Shown here: one piece after another, positions 32,036 through 42,150 of the stretch
Layout: each line of letters begins with the position of its first letter
Position numbering within the stretch: position 1 is the first letter of the stretch
Origin: Acidimicrobiia bacterium
GTDB taxonomy: Bacteria; Actinomycetota; Acidimicrobiia; Spongiisociales; Spongiisociaceae
Assembly: GCA_041576165.1 (NCBI GenBank)
Contig: JBFGLM010000025.1
Coordinates: 10,060-74,059 of the forward strand
DNA length: 64,000 bases
Direction of reading: 5' to 3'
Position numbers and translations under genes: made by a program
Notes under the pieces: generated by a model
What the model was told of the DNA's origin: nothing
Databases searched by the model: none
What the model saw: only the letters and a program-made list of their open reading frames with translations

Positions 32036-32257
32036 ATGATTGGTTCATGCGTCCGGTGCGGCACTCCCGCAGCAGCTGTCATGGCGTTCGACTACGCCGC
32101 CGCCGAGGTGTGGATCGACGACCTCACCGACGTGCGGATGAAGGGCGGTTATCAGCTCTGCGCCGGTCATGCGGACCGGTTGACTCCTCCGCTCGGGTGG
32201 CGGCTCGCCGACCGGCGCACGTCCCCCCGTTTGTTCGTACCGCTCGAGGTCGCCTGA
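32036..32257 (+). CDS. DUF3499 family small protein
   Basis: CxRCG..A..FDY..VW, LCxxHADRLTPPLGW; TAGATT -10 seven nt upstream. Confidence 0.8.
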   Translation: MIGSCVRCGTPAAAVMAFDYAAAEVWIDDLTDVRMKGGYQLCAGHADRLTPPLGWRLADRRTSPRLFVPLEVA

Positions 32258-32284
32258 CCTCGCTCCTTGCGGGGGTTACCCCCC

Positions 32285-32548
32285 ATGCCGCTTGACAGGG
32301 ACCTGATTGAATCGGTCCGCGAGCTGGACGAGCACGAGTTGCGGCGGTTACTGATCCTCACCCAGGCCCGCCTCGGTGCCGACGCCCTCCAGAGCAGCCC
32401 AACGGTGCGGCTGCGCGAGCAGATGGTCAAGTGCGGCAAGGCGTCGTGTACGCAGTGTCCACATGGCCCGTATTGGTACGCCTACTGGACAGAAGACGGC
32501 AAACGGCGGAGCCGTTATGTGGGCAAGCTGATCGATCAACAAGATTGA
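32285..32548 (+). CDS. DUF6788-like small Cys/His protein
   Basis: KCGKxxCxxCPHGPYWY..GKRRSRYVG. Confidence 0.75.
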   Translation: MPLDRDLIESVRELDEHELRRLLILTQARLGADALQSSPTVRLREQMVKCGKASCTQCPHGPYWYAYWTEDGKRRSRYVGKLIDQQD

Positions 32549-32580
32549 GTTCCGCTCTAGCCAAATGCGAGTAGGCTCTA

Positions 32581-32683
32581 CGGAGGTGGTGGAAGGACCC
32601 TTGCTCAGGGACAAGCGCCCGGAAAGCGCTTCGTTTGCGGCTTTCGCCGGGCACCGGTACCGGGGGCCAGCTACCGCCCTCCG
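32581..32683 (+). ncRNA. Candidate structured 5' leader / sRNA
   Basis: Multi-stem junction directly after a TAGGCT -10 box (32572-32577). Confidence 0.45.
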
Positions 32684-32719
32684 ACGAGAGGCCAGGACCA
32701 GGTTGAGAGGCACAACAAC

Positions 32720-32911
32720 ATGAATTGCCCGAACTGCGGCGTCAATGACGTCATCGAGATCTACCAGAAGTTGCCGGACGGCACCGAGGTGCACTTCTGC
32801 GAATGCCACAAATGTGAGAACAAGTGGTGGGATCGAGACGGGCAATCCATCTCTCTCTCCGAGGTACTGGAGATCGTTCGTCGGAATCGGGCCGGCGCGA
32901 CCGAGAGTTGA
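32720..32911 (+). CDS. Small zinc-ribbon protein (63 aa)
   Basis: CPNC...CHKC; GAGAGG SD. Confidence 0.75.
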   Translation: MNCPNCGVNDVIEIYQKLPDGTEVHFCECHKCENKWWDRDGQSISLSEVLEIVRRNRAGATES

Positions 32912-33039
32912 GCACCGTCCGCCGCCGGGCAGCGTACGCCCCGGGCGCCCGACATCCACTCCCCTCACCGGCACTCCCCGACGGCAAAGGCGTCGCCGGA
33001 TTCCTTTAGGCGATCGGCTCGAATAGCCTGGCCGCCGGC

Positions 33040-35433
33040 ATGAGGAAACCTGAGCAGCTCACCGAGCCCGCGTCGCCGGACGGCGGCGGTGACAACCGGT
33101 CCGGGCGCGATCGGACACAGTCGTGGGTGGCGCTGGCCAGCGTGGCCGCTGTCTCGCTCACGATCCTGGCGGTGATGAACCCGCCGCTACTGCTGTCGGC
33201 CAATACTCCCTCCGGCGGGGATATGGGTGCGCACGTCCTGGGTCCGGCATTCCTGCGCGATCAGCTGCTCCCCAGTCTCAAGCTGCAGGGTTGGAGCAAC
33301 AGCTGGTTTGCCGGTTTTCCGATCTTCTACTTCTACTTTCCCCTCCCCTCGCTGACCATCGTGTTCCTCGACCTGTTCCTGCCGTACGGCGTCGCTTTCA
33401 AGATCGTGACGGTGGTCGGCCTTCTTGCGTTGCCGCCGGCAACGTACTTCTTCGTGCGCGCCATGCGATTCGGCCGGGGTGTCGCCACGGTGGCGGCAGC
33501 CGCCGGAGGCGCGTTTGTATTCCTGGAAACGCCCCAACCACCCATTTTCGGGGGAACGATTGCTTCAACGTTGGCCGGTGAGTTCTCCTATTCGTGGTCA
33601 TTCGCGCTGGCGATCACCTACCTCGGCCTCCTGATCCGGGCCGTGCGCGACGATCGCAGATACCTTCCGTGGGCGGCGCTGGCTCTCGCTCTGACCGCTC
33701 TCAGCCATGTCATCACCACGATCACCATCGTGGTGGCGTCGTTGCCGATCCTGCTGTGGCGTCGCGGTCTGCGGGTGGTCCCGACCACCTGGGTCCTCGG
33801 CTTTGCGGTTGCTGCTTTCTGGGCTCTTCCGTTGATGGTTCGGCTCAACCTGACGACGGACATGAATTGGCAGCCGCTGGCTGGATGGGACGAGCTCACC
33901 CCATTCGAGCTTTGGCCGATTGTCGGTGTCGGCCTTCTCGGCATGATCCTGGCACTGTTCACGACCTCGCGGGCAGTCCCGCTCGCGCTGATCACGGTGC
34001 TGCCGCTCCCCGCGTTCTTCTTGCTCGAGCAAGGCAGCAAGCTGTGGAACGGCCGCGTGCTGCCGCACTGGTATTACGGGATGTTCGTGTTTGCCGGTAT
34101 CGGCGTCGGCCTGATATTGCAATCGGTCGCGCGCCGCCTGCCGGCCGCGCTGTCCCCCTGGTTGATACGCGGCGCCGTCCTCGGGGTGGGGGTCTTTTTG
34201 GTCGTCGTCCCGGGCGAATCAGACGTGCAGTCCGGCTTCTCCCAGGTCGTGATCGTTCTCACGGTTTTCGCGTTCCTCTCGGCCTTCATGCTGCGTTCCC
34301 CGGTAGCAACCAGGGTGGTGCTCCCGGCTGCCGCGGTGTTCCTCTTTGTAGGAGCTGCCGCGGTCGGAACGACCACCGACGAGAGCTACGTCGACGGCTG
34401 GGCCCGCTGGAATTACTCGGGCTACGAGGGTAAGGACGTGTTCTCGGAGTATGCCGCTCTGATGGAAACGATTGCGGAACTGCCCCCGGGGAGAGTCCAG
34501 TGGGAGGCCAACTCCGAGCTGAACTCATACGGGACGCCGATGGCTTTGATGCTGTTCCCGTATTGGTCGGAAGGCAGCCACCCGTCGATGGAGGGCCTGT
34601 TCTTCGAGTCGTCCCTGACGACGCCGTTCCACTTCTTGAACGCCGCCGAGCTGAGCCATCAGCCGTCAAATCCGATCCCAGGGCTGCAATATCACGTATT
34701 CGACTTCGATCGAGGCGTTGAACACATGCGCCTCTTCAACGTCGACTATTACGTCACGTTCACCGAAGAGGCGACGAACCGGGCCGCATTGGACCCCCAA
34801 TTTGAGCAGATAGCATCGAGTCCACCCTTCACCATCTTCTCCCTACCAGAGAGCTCTCTCGTGGACGTTGCCGTGAATCAGCCATGGGTCTACGAAGTCG
34901 GAGACCGCGGGCTCCTGGATACCCTGACCGGCGTGGTCTCTCCCGGAGAGGACGTGGAGTTCGTAGACGTGGCGCTGGCCTGGTACGAGGACATCAGCCT
35001 GATCGATCAGTTGGTGGTGGCGGAGGGGCCGGCGGCCTGGGAGCGGGTCGGCCCCGACCTCGACGGGACGACCGTCCCGATCACGTCGGGCGGCACGGTG
35101 ACGGACATCGAGTTGACCGATGAGCGGATCTCGTTCCGGACTACCGCCGTGGGCATCCCTCACCTGGTGAAGGTGTCCTACTTCCCGAACTGGTCGGCTG
35201 CAGGGGCCGACGGGCCATACCGGGCGGCACCCTCCCTGATGGTGGTCGTCCCGGCCCAGGAGGAGGTGACCCTCGAGTTCCGCCCGACGTGGGCGGAAAT
35301 CGGCGGGATTGTGCTCACTGTGCTTGGGCTCGTTGCAGTCGGTGGCTTGGTCGCCATGAGCCGGAACTCGGGCATGGGTTCATCCGGCCGGCATGCGTCG
35401 GTCAGGCGCCTTCGCGATCGAGCGAACGCTTGA
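33040..35433 (+). CDS. PTPS-related membrane protein (GT-C-like)
   Basis: GGDMGAH, WFAGFPIFYFYFP, many TMs, WARWNYSGYE. Confidence 0.8.
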   Translation: MRKPEQLTEPASPDGGGDNRSGRDRTQSWVALASVAAVSLTILAVMNPPLLLSANTPSGGDMGAHVLGPAFLRDQLLPSLKLQGWSNSWFAGFPIFYFYFPLPSLTIVFLDLFLPYGVAFKIVTVVGLLALPPATYFFVRAMRFGRGVATVAAAAGGAFVFLETPQPPIFGGTIASTLAGEFSYSWSFALAITYLGLLIRAVRDDRRYLPWAALALALTALSHVITTITIVVASLPILLWRRGLRVVPTTWVLGFAVAAFWALPLMVRLNLTTDMNWQPLAGWDELTPFELWPIVGVGLLGMILALFTTSRAVPLALITVLPLPAFFLLEQGSKLWNGRVLPHWYYGMFVFAGIGVGLILQSVARRLPAALSPWLIRGAVLGVGVFLVVVPGESDVQSGFSQVVIVLTVFAFLSAFMLRSPVATRVVLPAAAVFLFVGAAAVGTTTDESYVDGWARWNYSGYEGKDVFSEYAALMETIAELPPGRVQWEANSELNSYGTPMALMLFPYWSEGSHPSMEGLFFESSLTTPFHFLNAAELSHQPSNPIPGLQYHVFDFDRGVEHMRLFNVDYYVTFTEEATNRAALDPQFEQIASSPPFTIFSLPESSLVDVAVNQPWVYEVGDRGLLDTLTGVVSPGEDVEFVDVALAWYEDISLIDQLVVAEGPAAWERVGPDLDGTTVPITSGGTVTDIELTDERISFRTTAVGIPHLVKVSYFPNWSAAGADGPYRAAPSLMVVVPAQEEVTLEFRPTWAEIGGIVLTVLGLVAVGGLVAMSRNSGMGSSGRHASVRRLRDRANA

Positions 35434-36136
35434 GTTCCACTATCCCGCGCAGCGTCCGCGGGATACGCCGGAAGAGGGACGATCGAGCGGTTCGCAGTTC
35501 CCTAACGACGATCGGCACCTCCTTTATCCGGTAGCCGGCCCGCTCGGCTCGCAGCACAAGCTCCGTGTCGAACAGGTCCTGATTGTGCTCCACCGAGTGG
35601 ATCAGTTTGTCGATCACCTCGCGCCGAAAAGCCATGATGCCGTGCGTGTCGGACACCCGGGAGCCGAGCATCGCTCGCAGAATGAGGTTGAAGACGAGGG
35701 TCCCCGCCCTTCGCACGATCGAGCGTCGATCATCGGAATTGGGATCTCGCTTCGAGGCGATCACGACATCGGCTCCTTCGGGCTCTTCCACCAGCCCCTG
35801 CACGAAGGGCCCGGAGAAATAATCGATGTCGAATTTGACTATCCAGTCGGCTCCGGCGGTGGCGGCAGTCTCGAAACCGGCACGCACCGCGGCGCCGTAG
35901 TCGGCGTGGGGGAGCTCGCGCAGTGAAATCGAGTCCCGCTCATCGGCGAGGCGGGCAGCGGTGCTCGCGGTGTCGTCGCTGGAGCCATTCTCGACGAGAA
36001 AGATCTGAACGTCGGCGGGTACGCTATCAAGTTCGGCGCCGATCAGTTCGATGGCACCGGCGAGGAAAGTTCCTTCGTTGTGAATGGGGATGGCAATGCC
36101 GATAGACGGCCGGCCGGTGGACGCTGAATCGCTCAT
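35402..36136 (-). CDS. Glycosyltransferase family 2
   Basis: IPIHNE, VENGSSDDT, FDID, FDTELVLRA. Confidence 0.88.
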   Translation of the reverse strand: MSDSASTGRPSIGIAIPIHNEGTFLAGAIELIGAELDSVPADVQIFLVENGSSDDTASTAARLADERDSISLRELPHADYGAAVRAGFETAATAGADWIVKFDIDYFSGPFVQGLVEEPEGADVVIASKRDPNSDDRRSIVRRAGTLVFNLILRAMLGSRVSDTHGIMAFRREVIDKLIHSVEHNQDLFDTELVLRAERAGYRIKEVPIVVRELRTARSSLFRRIPRTLRGIVELKRSLDREGA

Positions 36137-36243
36137 GACTTCTTCATCCGTTTGCTCGGGGAGTGTAGGACGGGACGCCGAATATGAGCGGCCGGCAGCA
36201 ACTGGACTCTGCACCACAGTGGCACAGCGATGGGAGCCCGCGC

Positions 36244-37575
36244 GTGGGTGACCTGGAAAAGATCATCAAGGCATACGACGTCCGCGGGCGAACCGACACC
36301 GGCGAACTCGACCCGGACGCGGCTCTCCGCTTGGGTGCCGGCTTCGCCCGGTTCGTGCAGGCTGATCGGGTGGCAGTGGGGCGAGATTGCCGCGCATCGT
36401 CACCGGCGATTGCGGGGGCATTCATGGACGGGGCTAGATCCGAGGGCGCCGATGTAGTCAACCTCGGTGAGGTCGCGACCGACATCGTGTACTACTACTC
36501 GGGGGTAGCGAACGTACCTGCGGCGATGGTCACCGCTTCGCACAACCCGCCCGAGTACAACGGTGTCAAGATGTGTCACCGCGGGGCCGGACCCATCGGT
36601 GCGGACAGCGGCCTCGAAGAGATCAAAGCACACGCCGAAGCGATCGAGCCGGGCCCCCCGACCGGAGCCGTCGAGTACGTCGACCCCAAACGTGGTTATG
36701 TCGAACACCTCCTGACGATCGTCAATCGCGACGCCATCGGATCGCTCTCCGTGGCCTGCGACGCGGGGAACGGCATGGCCGGCGTCGTGCTCGAGGACGT
36801 CTTCGATGCAATCGATGCCCGGCTGCTGGGCCTGTACCTCGAGCCGGATGGGAGTTTTCCCAATCATCCTGCCGACCCACTTGATCCGCAGAATCTCGTT
36901 GATTTGCTCGAGTTCATGGAACGGGAACAGCCCGACGTAGGCGTGGCTTTCGACGGGGACGCAGATCGGGCGTTCTTCATCGACGATCAGCTGGTACCGC
37001 TCTCCGGGAGCACCACTACCGCGATCATCGCCGACTGGTACCTCCAGCGGGAGCCCGGCGCGACCGTCGTGCACAATCTGATCACGTCGCGGGCAGTTCC
37101 CGAAACCATCCGGCAGGCTGGCGGCACGCCGGTGCGGACCCGGGTCGGACACTCCTTCGTGAAGCAGGTAATGGCCGAGACCGGCGCTGTGTTCGGGGGC
37201 GAGCATTCGGGCCACTATTACTTCCGGGACAACTTCCGGGCCGACTCCGGGATGCTGGCGATGCTGGTCTTGCTCCAGGTGCTGTCGGAGGCGGATGTGC
37301 CGCTGTCGCAGCTGCGCACCCGCTACGAGCCGTACGCAGCCTCGGGTGAGATCAACCTACGGGTGTCCGACCAGCCGGCGGCTGTCGCTCGGGTGGCGGA
37401 CGCGTTCTCGGGTGCGGAGCAGGACCGGCTCGATGGGCTGACGGTCAGCCTCGGTGATCGCTGGTTCAACGTGCGGCCCTCGAACACGGAGCCGCTGTTA
37501 CGTCTGAACGCCGAGGCGGCGGATCGAGGCGCCGTGGAGGAGCTGGTGCAACGCGTGAAAGCGGCCATCGGCTGA
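36244..37575 (+). CDS. manB: Phosphomannomutase/phosphoglucomutase
   Basis: KAYDVRG, TASHNP, FDGDADR, GEHSGH, RPSNTEP. Confidence 0.95.
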   Translation: MGDLEKIIKAYDVRGRTDTGELDPDAALRLGAGFARFVQADRVAVGRDCRASSPAIAGAFMDGARSEGADVVNLGEVATDIVYYYSGVANVPAAMVTASHNPPEYNGVKMCHRGAGPIGADSGLEEIKAHAEAIEPGPPTGAVEYVDPKRGYVEHLLTIVNRDAIGSLSVACDAGNGMAGVVLEDVFDAIDARLLGLYLEPDGSFPNHPADPLDPQNLVDLLEFMEREQPDVGVAFDGDADRAFFIDDQLVPLSGSTTTAIIADWYLQREPGATVVHNLITSRAVPETIRQAGGTPVRTRVGHSFVKQVMAETGAVFGGEHSGHYYFRDNFRADSGMLAMLVLLQVLSEADVPLSQLRTRYEPYAASGEINLRVSDQPAAVARVADAFSGAEQDRLDGLTVSLGDRWFNVRPSNTEPLLRLNAEAADRGAVEELVQRVKAAIG

Positions 37576-37690
37576 TTCGCGCCCAGCGGCCCCGGGCATC
37601 CGCGACTGCGTTGGTCCAATTCGGGGCGGGCGTCTAGCGTTCCCTCGGCGCGCCGGACGGTGCTGCATCGACATCTCGAGGAGTATCGAA

Positions 37691-38941
37691 ATGGACTACG
37701 ACATCGCCGATCCGGCATTGGCCGATGAAGGGGTGAAGCGCATTGAATGGGCCGAGCGACGCATGCCGGTCCTCGCCTCGATCCGCGAACGCTACCGCTC
37801 GGAACAGCCGCTGCAGGGTCGCACAATCGCCGCGTGTCTGCATGTGACCACTGAGACGGCCAACCTCATGATGGCGCTGCGCGACGGCGGAGCCGACGTG
37901 GCGTTGTGCGCGTCTAACCCTCTGTCGACCCAAGACGACGTTGCGGCCGGACTCGTGGAAGCCGGTATCCCCGTCTTCGCGGTCCGGGGAGAGGATTCGG
38001 AGCGTTACTACTCCCACATCCACGCGGTGCTCGACATGAACCCAGACGTGACGATGGACGATGGGGCCGACCTGGTCTCGGTCTTGCACACGGATCGAAC
38101 AGAGGTAACGCCTTCCGGCTCGACTGAAGAGACCACTACCGGGGTCATCCGCCTCAGGGCCATGGCTCAGGAAGGGGCATTGCGGCTCCCGGTTGTGGCG
38201 GTCAACGACTCGGCCACCAAGCATCTCTTTGACAACCGTTACGGGACTGGTCAGTCGGCGATGGATGGCATCATACGGGCAACCAACCTGTTGATCGCTG
38301 GGTCCACAGTCGTTGTCATCGGATACGGCGACTGCGGACAGGGTGTGGCAACTCGGGCCGATGGCCTGGGAGCCAAGGTGGTCGTGGTTGAGGTCGACCC
38401 GGTACGCGCACTCGCGGCCGCCATGGACGGACACCAGGTCATGACCGCGGATGCGGCAGCCGAGATCGGCGATGTGTTCATCACCGTGACCGGCAACAAA
38501 CACGTCGTGCGGGGCCGCCATTTCGAGCGGATGAAGGACGGGGCCGTTCTGGCCAATGCCGGCCATTTTGACATCGAGATCGATCTCGCCCAGCTCTCGG
38601 CCGACGCCGTCGGTGTGCGCCGGGTGCGTCCGCATCTCGATGAGTATGAGATGAGCGACGGCCGCCGCGTGATCGTGGCCGGTGAGGGACGGCTCGTGAA
38701 CCTGGCCGCGGCGGAGGGACATCCTGCCGATGTGATGGACATGTCGTTTGCGAACCAGGCGATGGCCGCGGAGTTCATCATCGAGCACGAAGGTGAACTA
38801 GAGCCACGCATCTACACGTTGCCGCCCAGCCTCGACGCCGAGGTGGCGCGCATCAAGCTCCGGAGCCTGGGGGCCGGGTTGGAGGAGTTGACAGCCGAGC
38901 AGCAGGCTTACCTGGCCAGCTGGACTGAAGGGACGTCGTAA
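37691..38941 (+). CDS. ahcY: Adenosylhomocysteinase
   Basis: [40 protein letters not shown]. Confidence 0.97.
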   Translation: MDYDIADPALADEGVKRIEWAERRMPVLASIRERYRSEQPLQGRTIAACLHVTTETANLMMALRDGGADVALCASNPLSTQDDVAAGLVEAGIPVFAVRGEDSERYYSHIHAVLDMNPDVTMDDGADLVSVLHTDRTEVTPSGSTEETTTGVIRLRAMAQEGALRLPVVAVNDSATKHLFDNRYGTGQSAMDGIIRATNLLIAGSTVVVIGYGDCGQGVATRADGLGAKVVVVEVDPVRALAAAMDGHQVMTADAAAEIGDVFITVTGNKHVVRGRHFERMKDGAVLANAGHFDIEIDLAQLSADAVGVRRVRPHLDEYEMSDGRRVIVAGEGRLVNLAAAEGHPADVMDMSFANQAMAAEFIIEHEGELEPRIYTLPPSLDAEVARIKLRSLGAGLEELTAEQQAYLASWTEGTS

Positions 38942-38972
38942 CCATGGGCGGGCCGGCCCAGGGCGCAACCTG

Positions 38973-40850
38973 TCAGCTGTGTGCCCGTTCTCCGTCGACC
39001 GAGTCGGGCCGTGATTCGGCCTGGCCGGTTCGAGATTCGACGGTGTCCGCCATCGGCGCGTCGCCACGCAGGTCGATGATCTTGTCGGCGGCCGCGCCCG
39101 GCGCGTGGCTGGCTTCAGCCTCGTCGATCACGGCCACGATCTGCTCGTCAATCAGCTCTTCGCGCTCCAGCAGCGCATCCCGCAAGGCTTCGACCAGGTG
39201 CCGGTGATGGCTGAGCAGCCGGGTGACCTCGCGTTTGTTGTCGTTGAGGAGTTCATTCACCGCGTCCCGCCCGGAGCTGTCCGATAGCACTTTGGCTGCG
39301 AGATTGCCCGACAGGGCCCCGCCGTCAAGTGCTCGGTAGCTGATCAGCGAGGCGCCCAAACCGAGCGAGCCAACCATCTCGACGGCAATGTTGGTTGCGC
39401 TGGCGAGGTCGCCGGCCGGCCCGGTGCCCGATTCTCCGTAGAACAGCTCCTCGGAGACCATTCCGCCGAGTGCGATCTGCAGCAGCGCCACCAACTCGCT
39501 CTTGCGCTGGGTGTGCCGCTCCTCCTGCAGGCGATGTGCCAGGAATCCCAGGGCTTCCCGCCGTTTGATGATCGAGAGCATCTCGAGTTTGCGCCCTTTC
39601 CCGACCAGGTAGGCGACGGTGGCATGGCCGGCCTCGTGGGTGGCGATGATTTCGGCCTCTTCCGGGGGATAGTCAATAGGCTCGGGGAGGCCAATCTCGA
39701 TCTCCGTGCGGGCCTGACGAAGGTCTTGCATGTTGAACCCGGACCGGCCGTCACGCAGCGCCAGCAGCAGGGCCTCGTCGAAGAGCCGCTCGATCGACGC
39801 CGGAGTGTGACCCATTGTGGCGGATGCCAGATCATCCCGGTTCTTCTGGAGATCCATCTCGGGATCGTGGGCCTTGCGCCGCAGGAAGTAGTCGATCAGC
39901 TCCAGCCGCGAATGGCGGCCCGGTAGGTCGAAATGGAGAATTCGGTCGAAGCGGCCCGGCCGGAGCAGCGCCGGGTCAAGTGAGCTGGCCCGGTTGGTGG
40001 CGCCGATGAGCAGCACGTTGTTGTACGGTGGTTTGGGTTTGCGCCACTGGCGGTGCGCCGGCAGGAACAGATTCACGAAATCGGTGATCCGCCCGACGAT
40101 GCGCTCGGTTGAGGTTGGCTCGTCGAAGCTCTGCATCTGGATCAGCAACTCGTTTACCTGGCCGCTCGTGTCCGACGATACGGTCTGGTTCACAGCGTGA
40201 CCGAAGGCCTGGTCCCCCGATATACCGCTGCGCGTCAAACCGATGGCATCGATCTCCTCGATGAAGCCGATTGCCCCGCCTTCCTTGCGAGCTGCTTTGC
40301 GCAGCGCCCGGAAGAAGGACTTCACGCGCCGGGCGGTCATGCCGTACCACATGGACTGAAAGGCGGTCGCCGACACGAACAGGAAAGGAATTTCTGCTTC
40401 CTTGGCCAGAGCCTTGGCCAGGTGTGTCTTGCCGGTCCCTGGAGGTCCTTCGAACAGAACCCCCCGCCGGGGCTGGCCGCCCAGCTCTTCTCGAAACTTC
40501 TGGTGATCGAGCATCACCCGCAGCGTGTGATCCACCTCGTCGACCACCCGCCCCAGCCCGACCACATCGCTGAATCCAACCTCGATCTGTTCCGGCTGGT
40601 ATGTGATGTGGGGCGACCGGCTGTTGGTCAGCATCGGCAGCACCAGCACGAGCCCGAGCAGCACAACGATCGCGATGGCCGGCAGCCAGAATACCGCCTC
40701 GTCGCTCAGCTGAGGCATGCTGGGCCAGGGGTTGGTGCCCCCCGCCACCCTGATCCACATCCATAGCGCAATGAGCCCGAGGAGGGTGACCAGTCGCCAT
40801 AACCGTTTCCGGCGTACTCGTTCGCGCTTGACCGAAACGGTTGTGTCCAT
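38973..40850 (-). CDS. FtsH-like AAA+ ATPase / M41 metalloprotease
   Basis: Two TMs, GPPGTGKT, SRH DPALLRPGRFDR, HEAGH. Confidence 0.88.
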   Translation of the reverse strand: MDTTVSVKRERVRRKRLWRLVTLLGLIALWMWIRVAGGTNPWPSMPQLSDEAVFWLPAIAIVVLLGLVLVLPMLTNSRSPHITYQPEQIEVGFSDVVGLGRVVDEVDHTLRVMLDHQKFREELGGQPRRGVLFEGPPGTGKTHLAKALAKEAEIPFLFVSATAFQSMWYGMTARRVKSFFRALRKAARKEGGAIGFIEEIDAIGLTRSGISGDQAFGHAVNQTVSSDTSGQVNELLIQMQSFDEPTSTERIVGRITDFVNLFLPAHRQWRKPKPPYNNVLLIGATNRASSLDPALLRPGRFDRILHFDLPGRHSRLELIDYFLRRKAHDPEMDLQKNRDDLASATMGHTPASIERLFDEALLLALRDGRSGFNMQDLRQARTEIEIGLPEPIDYPPEEAEIIATHEAGHATVAYLVGKGRKLEMLSIIKRREALGFLAHRLQEERHTQRKSELVALLQIALGGMVSEELFYGESGTGPAGDLASATNIAVEMVGSLGLGASLISYRALDGGALSGNLAAKVLSDSSGRDAVNELLNDNKREVTRLLSHHRHLVEALRDALLEREELIDEQIVAVIDEAEASHAPGAAADKIIDLRGDAPMADTVESRTGQAESRPDSVDGERAHS

Positions 40851-40914
40851 GCCGCTACCTTTCGCTGAGCGGGTGCCCGGCTGCGATGTCGTACCCGATT
40901 CGTAGCCTTCTCCC

Positions 40915-41484
40915 ATGATATGCGGGATTTGTAGTAAATGTCACAAAGACGCCAATTTGAGTTGCGGCGTTTGCGACCGGTGCGCGCGATCGCTTCGGTC
41001 TGGCCATGATCGGATCGTCGACGACCTGCTCGTACGCCCTGCATTCTTACACGACGATGTAATCCGTGGGCTCGTACATCGTCTCAAGTACTCGGCGTTG
41101 GTGGACCTGCCCCCGCTTGTGATCGGGGCCATGGCGAGCCGGGTGCCCCCCGACACCTCGGCGCTGATTCCGATCCCGCGGGCAGTTGCGCGAACGCTGC
41201 GATACGGCGTCGACCCGGCGTTGGTACTGGCCGAGGCGCTGAGCCGCGTCACCGGCATCCCGGTGTTGCCGGCACTCTCCGTGCCGCTCCTGGCGGCCAG
41301 CCAGGCACGGCGGGGGCGACAGCGGCGGCGAGATCCGGTGTTGCGGGCCGTCCGTTCAGTGCCGCCCGGGGCGGTGATCGTCGACGATGTCGTCACCACC
41401 GGACGGACCCTGGGCGCGGCCCGGCACGCGCTCGGTCACGCGGCCAGCCTGGCCGTCACCCTCACAACATCCGTGCGGCGTTAG
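40915..41484 (+). CDS. comF: ComF-family phosphoribosyltransferase
   Basis: N-terminal CxxC pairs, LKY, IVDDVVTTG; synteny with hpf. Confidence 0.8.
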   Translation: MICGICSKCHKDANLSCGVCDRCARSLRSGHDRIVDDLLVRPAFLHDDVIRGLVHRLKYSALVDLPPLVIGAMASRVPPDTSALIPIPRAVARTLRYGVDPALVLAEALSRVTGIPVLPALSVPLLAASQARRGRQRRRDPVLRAVRSVPPGAVIVDDVVTTGRTLGAARHALGHAASLAVTLTTSVRR

Positions 41485-41601
41485 TAGAGTCTCGCACAGG
41501 GATGGACAACTGATCGCTGGCGCAGGTGGTACGGCTTCGCAACACGTGTCAGGGATGTGTGCGGAAGGTCCATCACTCAGCCAGGGAAAGGAGCCGCAAC
41601 A

Positions 41602-42150
41602 ATGGACGTGCGCGTACACGGTAGGAACCTGCACATCGGCGACCGACTTCGATCGCACGCAGAGAAGAAGGTTTCGCGTGCAGCGCGGTTTTTCGATCAT
41701 GTCGGCGACGCCGAAGTCGAGATCATCGAGGACCCCAACCAGCGCAACTCAGCCGGCCGGTTCTCGGCCAAGATCAGCGCCCCCGCCGCGGGCCACATCG
41801 TGCGCGGAGAGTCCGGAGGCGAATCGGCTTTCGCCGCGGTCGACAAAGCAGTCGATCGGTTTGGTCAGAATCTCAGCCGCTTGCACGACCGCCTGGTAGA
41901 TCGCTCGCGCAAGGGCAGCAAGAAAGACCTCAATGTCACTAGTCCTCGCGCCGATGAAGATAGTCCAGAGGGTATTGAAATCGTCAGGGTGAAACAGTTC
42001 GTGATGAAGCCCTTGACGCCAGAGGATGCAGCATTGCAGATGGAACAACTGGGACATAGCTTTTTCTTCTTCCTCAACGCCGAGACAGGTGTGCAGTCGG
42101 TGCTGTATCGCCGTCGCGACGGAAGACTGGGACTGATCGAGCCGGCATGA
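41602..42150 (+). CDS. hpf: Ribosome hibernation promoting factor (long HPF/RaiA)
   Basis: VHGRN, AAVD, VKQF..KP..EDAALQMEQLGHSFF, VLYRRRDG; AAGGAG SD. Confidence 0.95.
   Translation: MDVRVHGRNLHIGDRLRSHAEKKVSRAARFFDHVGDAEVEIIEDPNQRNSAGRFSAKISAPAAGHIVRGESGGESAFAAVDKAVDRFGQNLSRLHDRLVDRSRKGSKKDLNVTSPRADEDSPEGIEIVRVKQFVMKPLTPEDAALQMEQLGHSFFFFLNAETGVQSVLYRRRDGRLGLIEPA

Noticed and set aside
32285-32548. DUF6788-like gene as marker of an IS element
   Set aside because: No transposase, terminal inverted repeats or target duplication nearby.
32912-33039. 6C-like RNA (two CACTCCCC tracts and a hairpin)
   Set aside because: C-tracts are not in paired hairpin loops as in 6C RNA; evidence too weak.
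37576-37690. SAH riboswitch before ahcY
   Set aside because: Lacks the GAGGAGCG..CCAGGCTC core.
41485-41601. Full-length raiA motif RNA
   Set aside because: Region is about half the needed length and lacks recognisable conserved segments.
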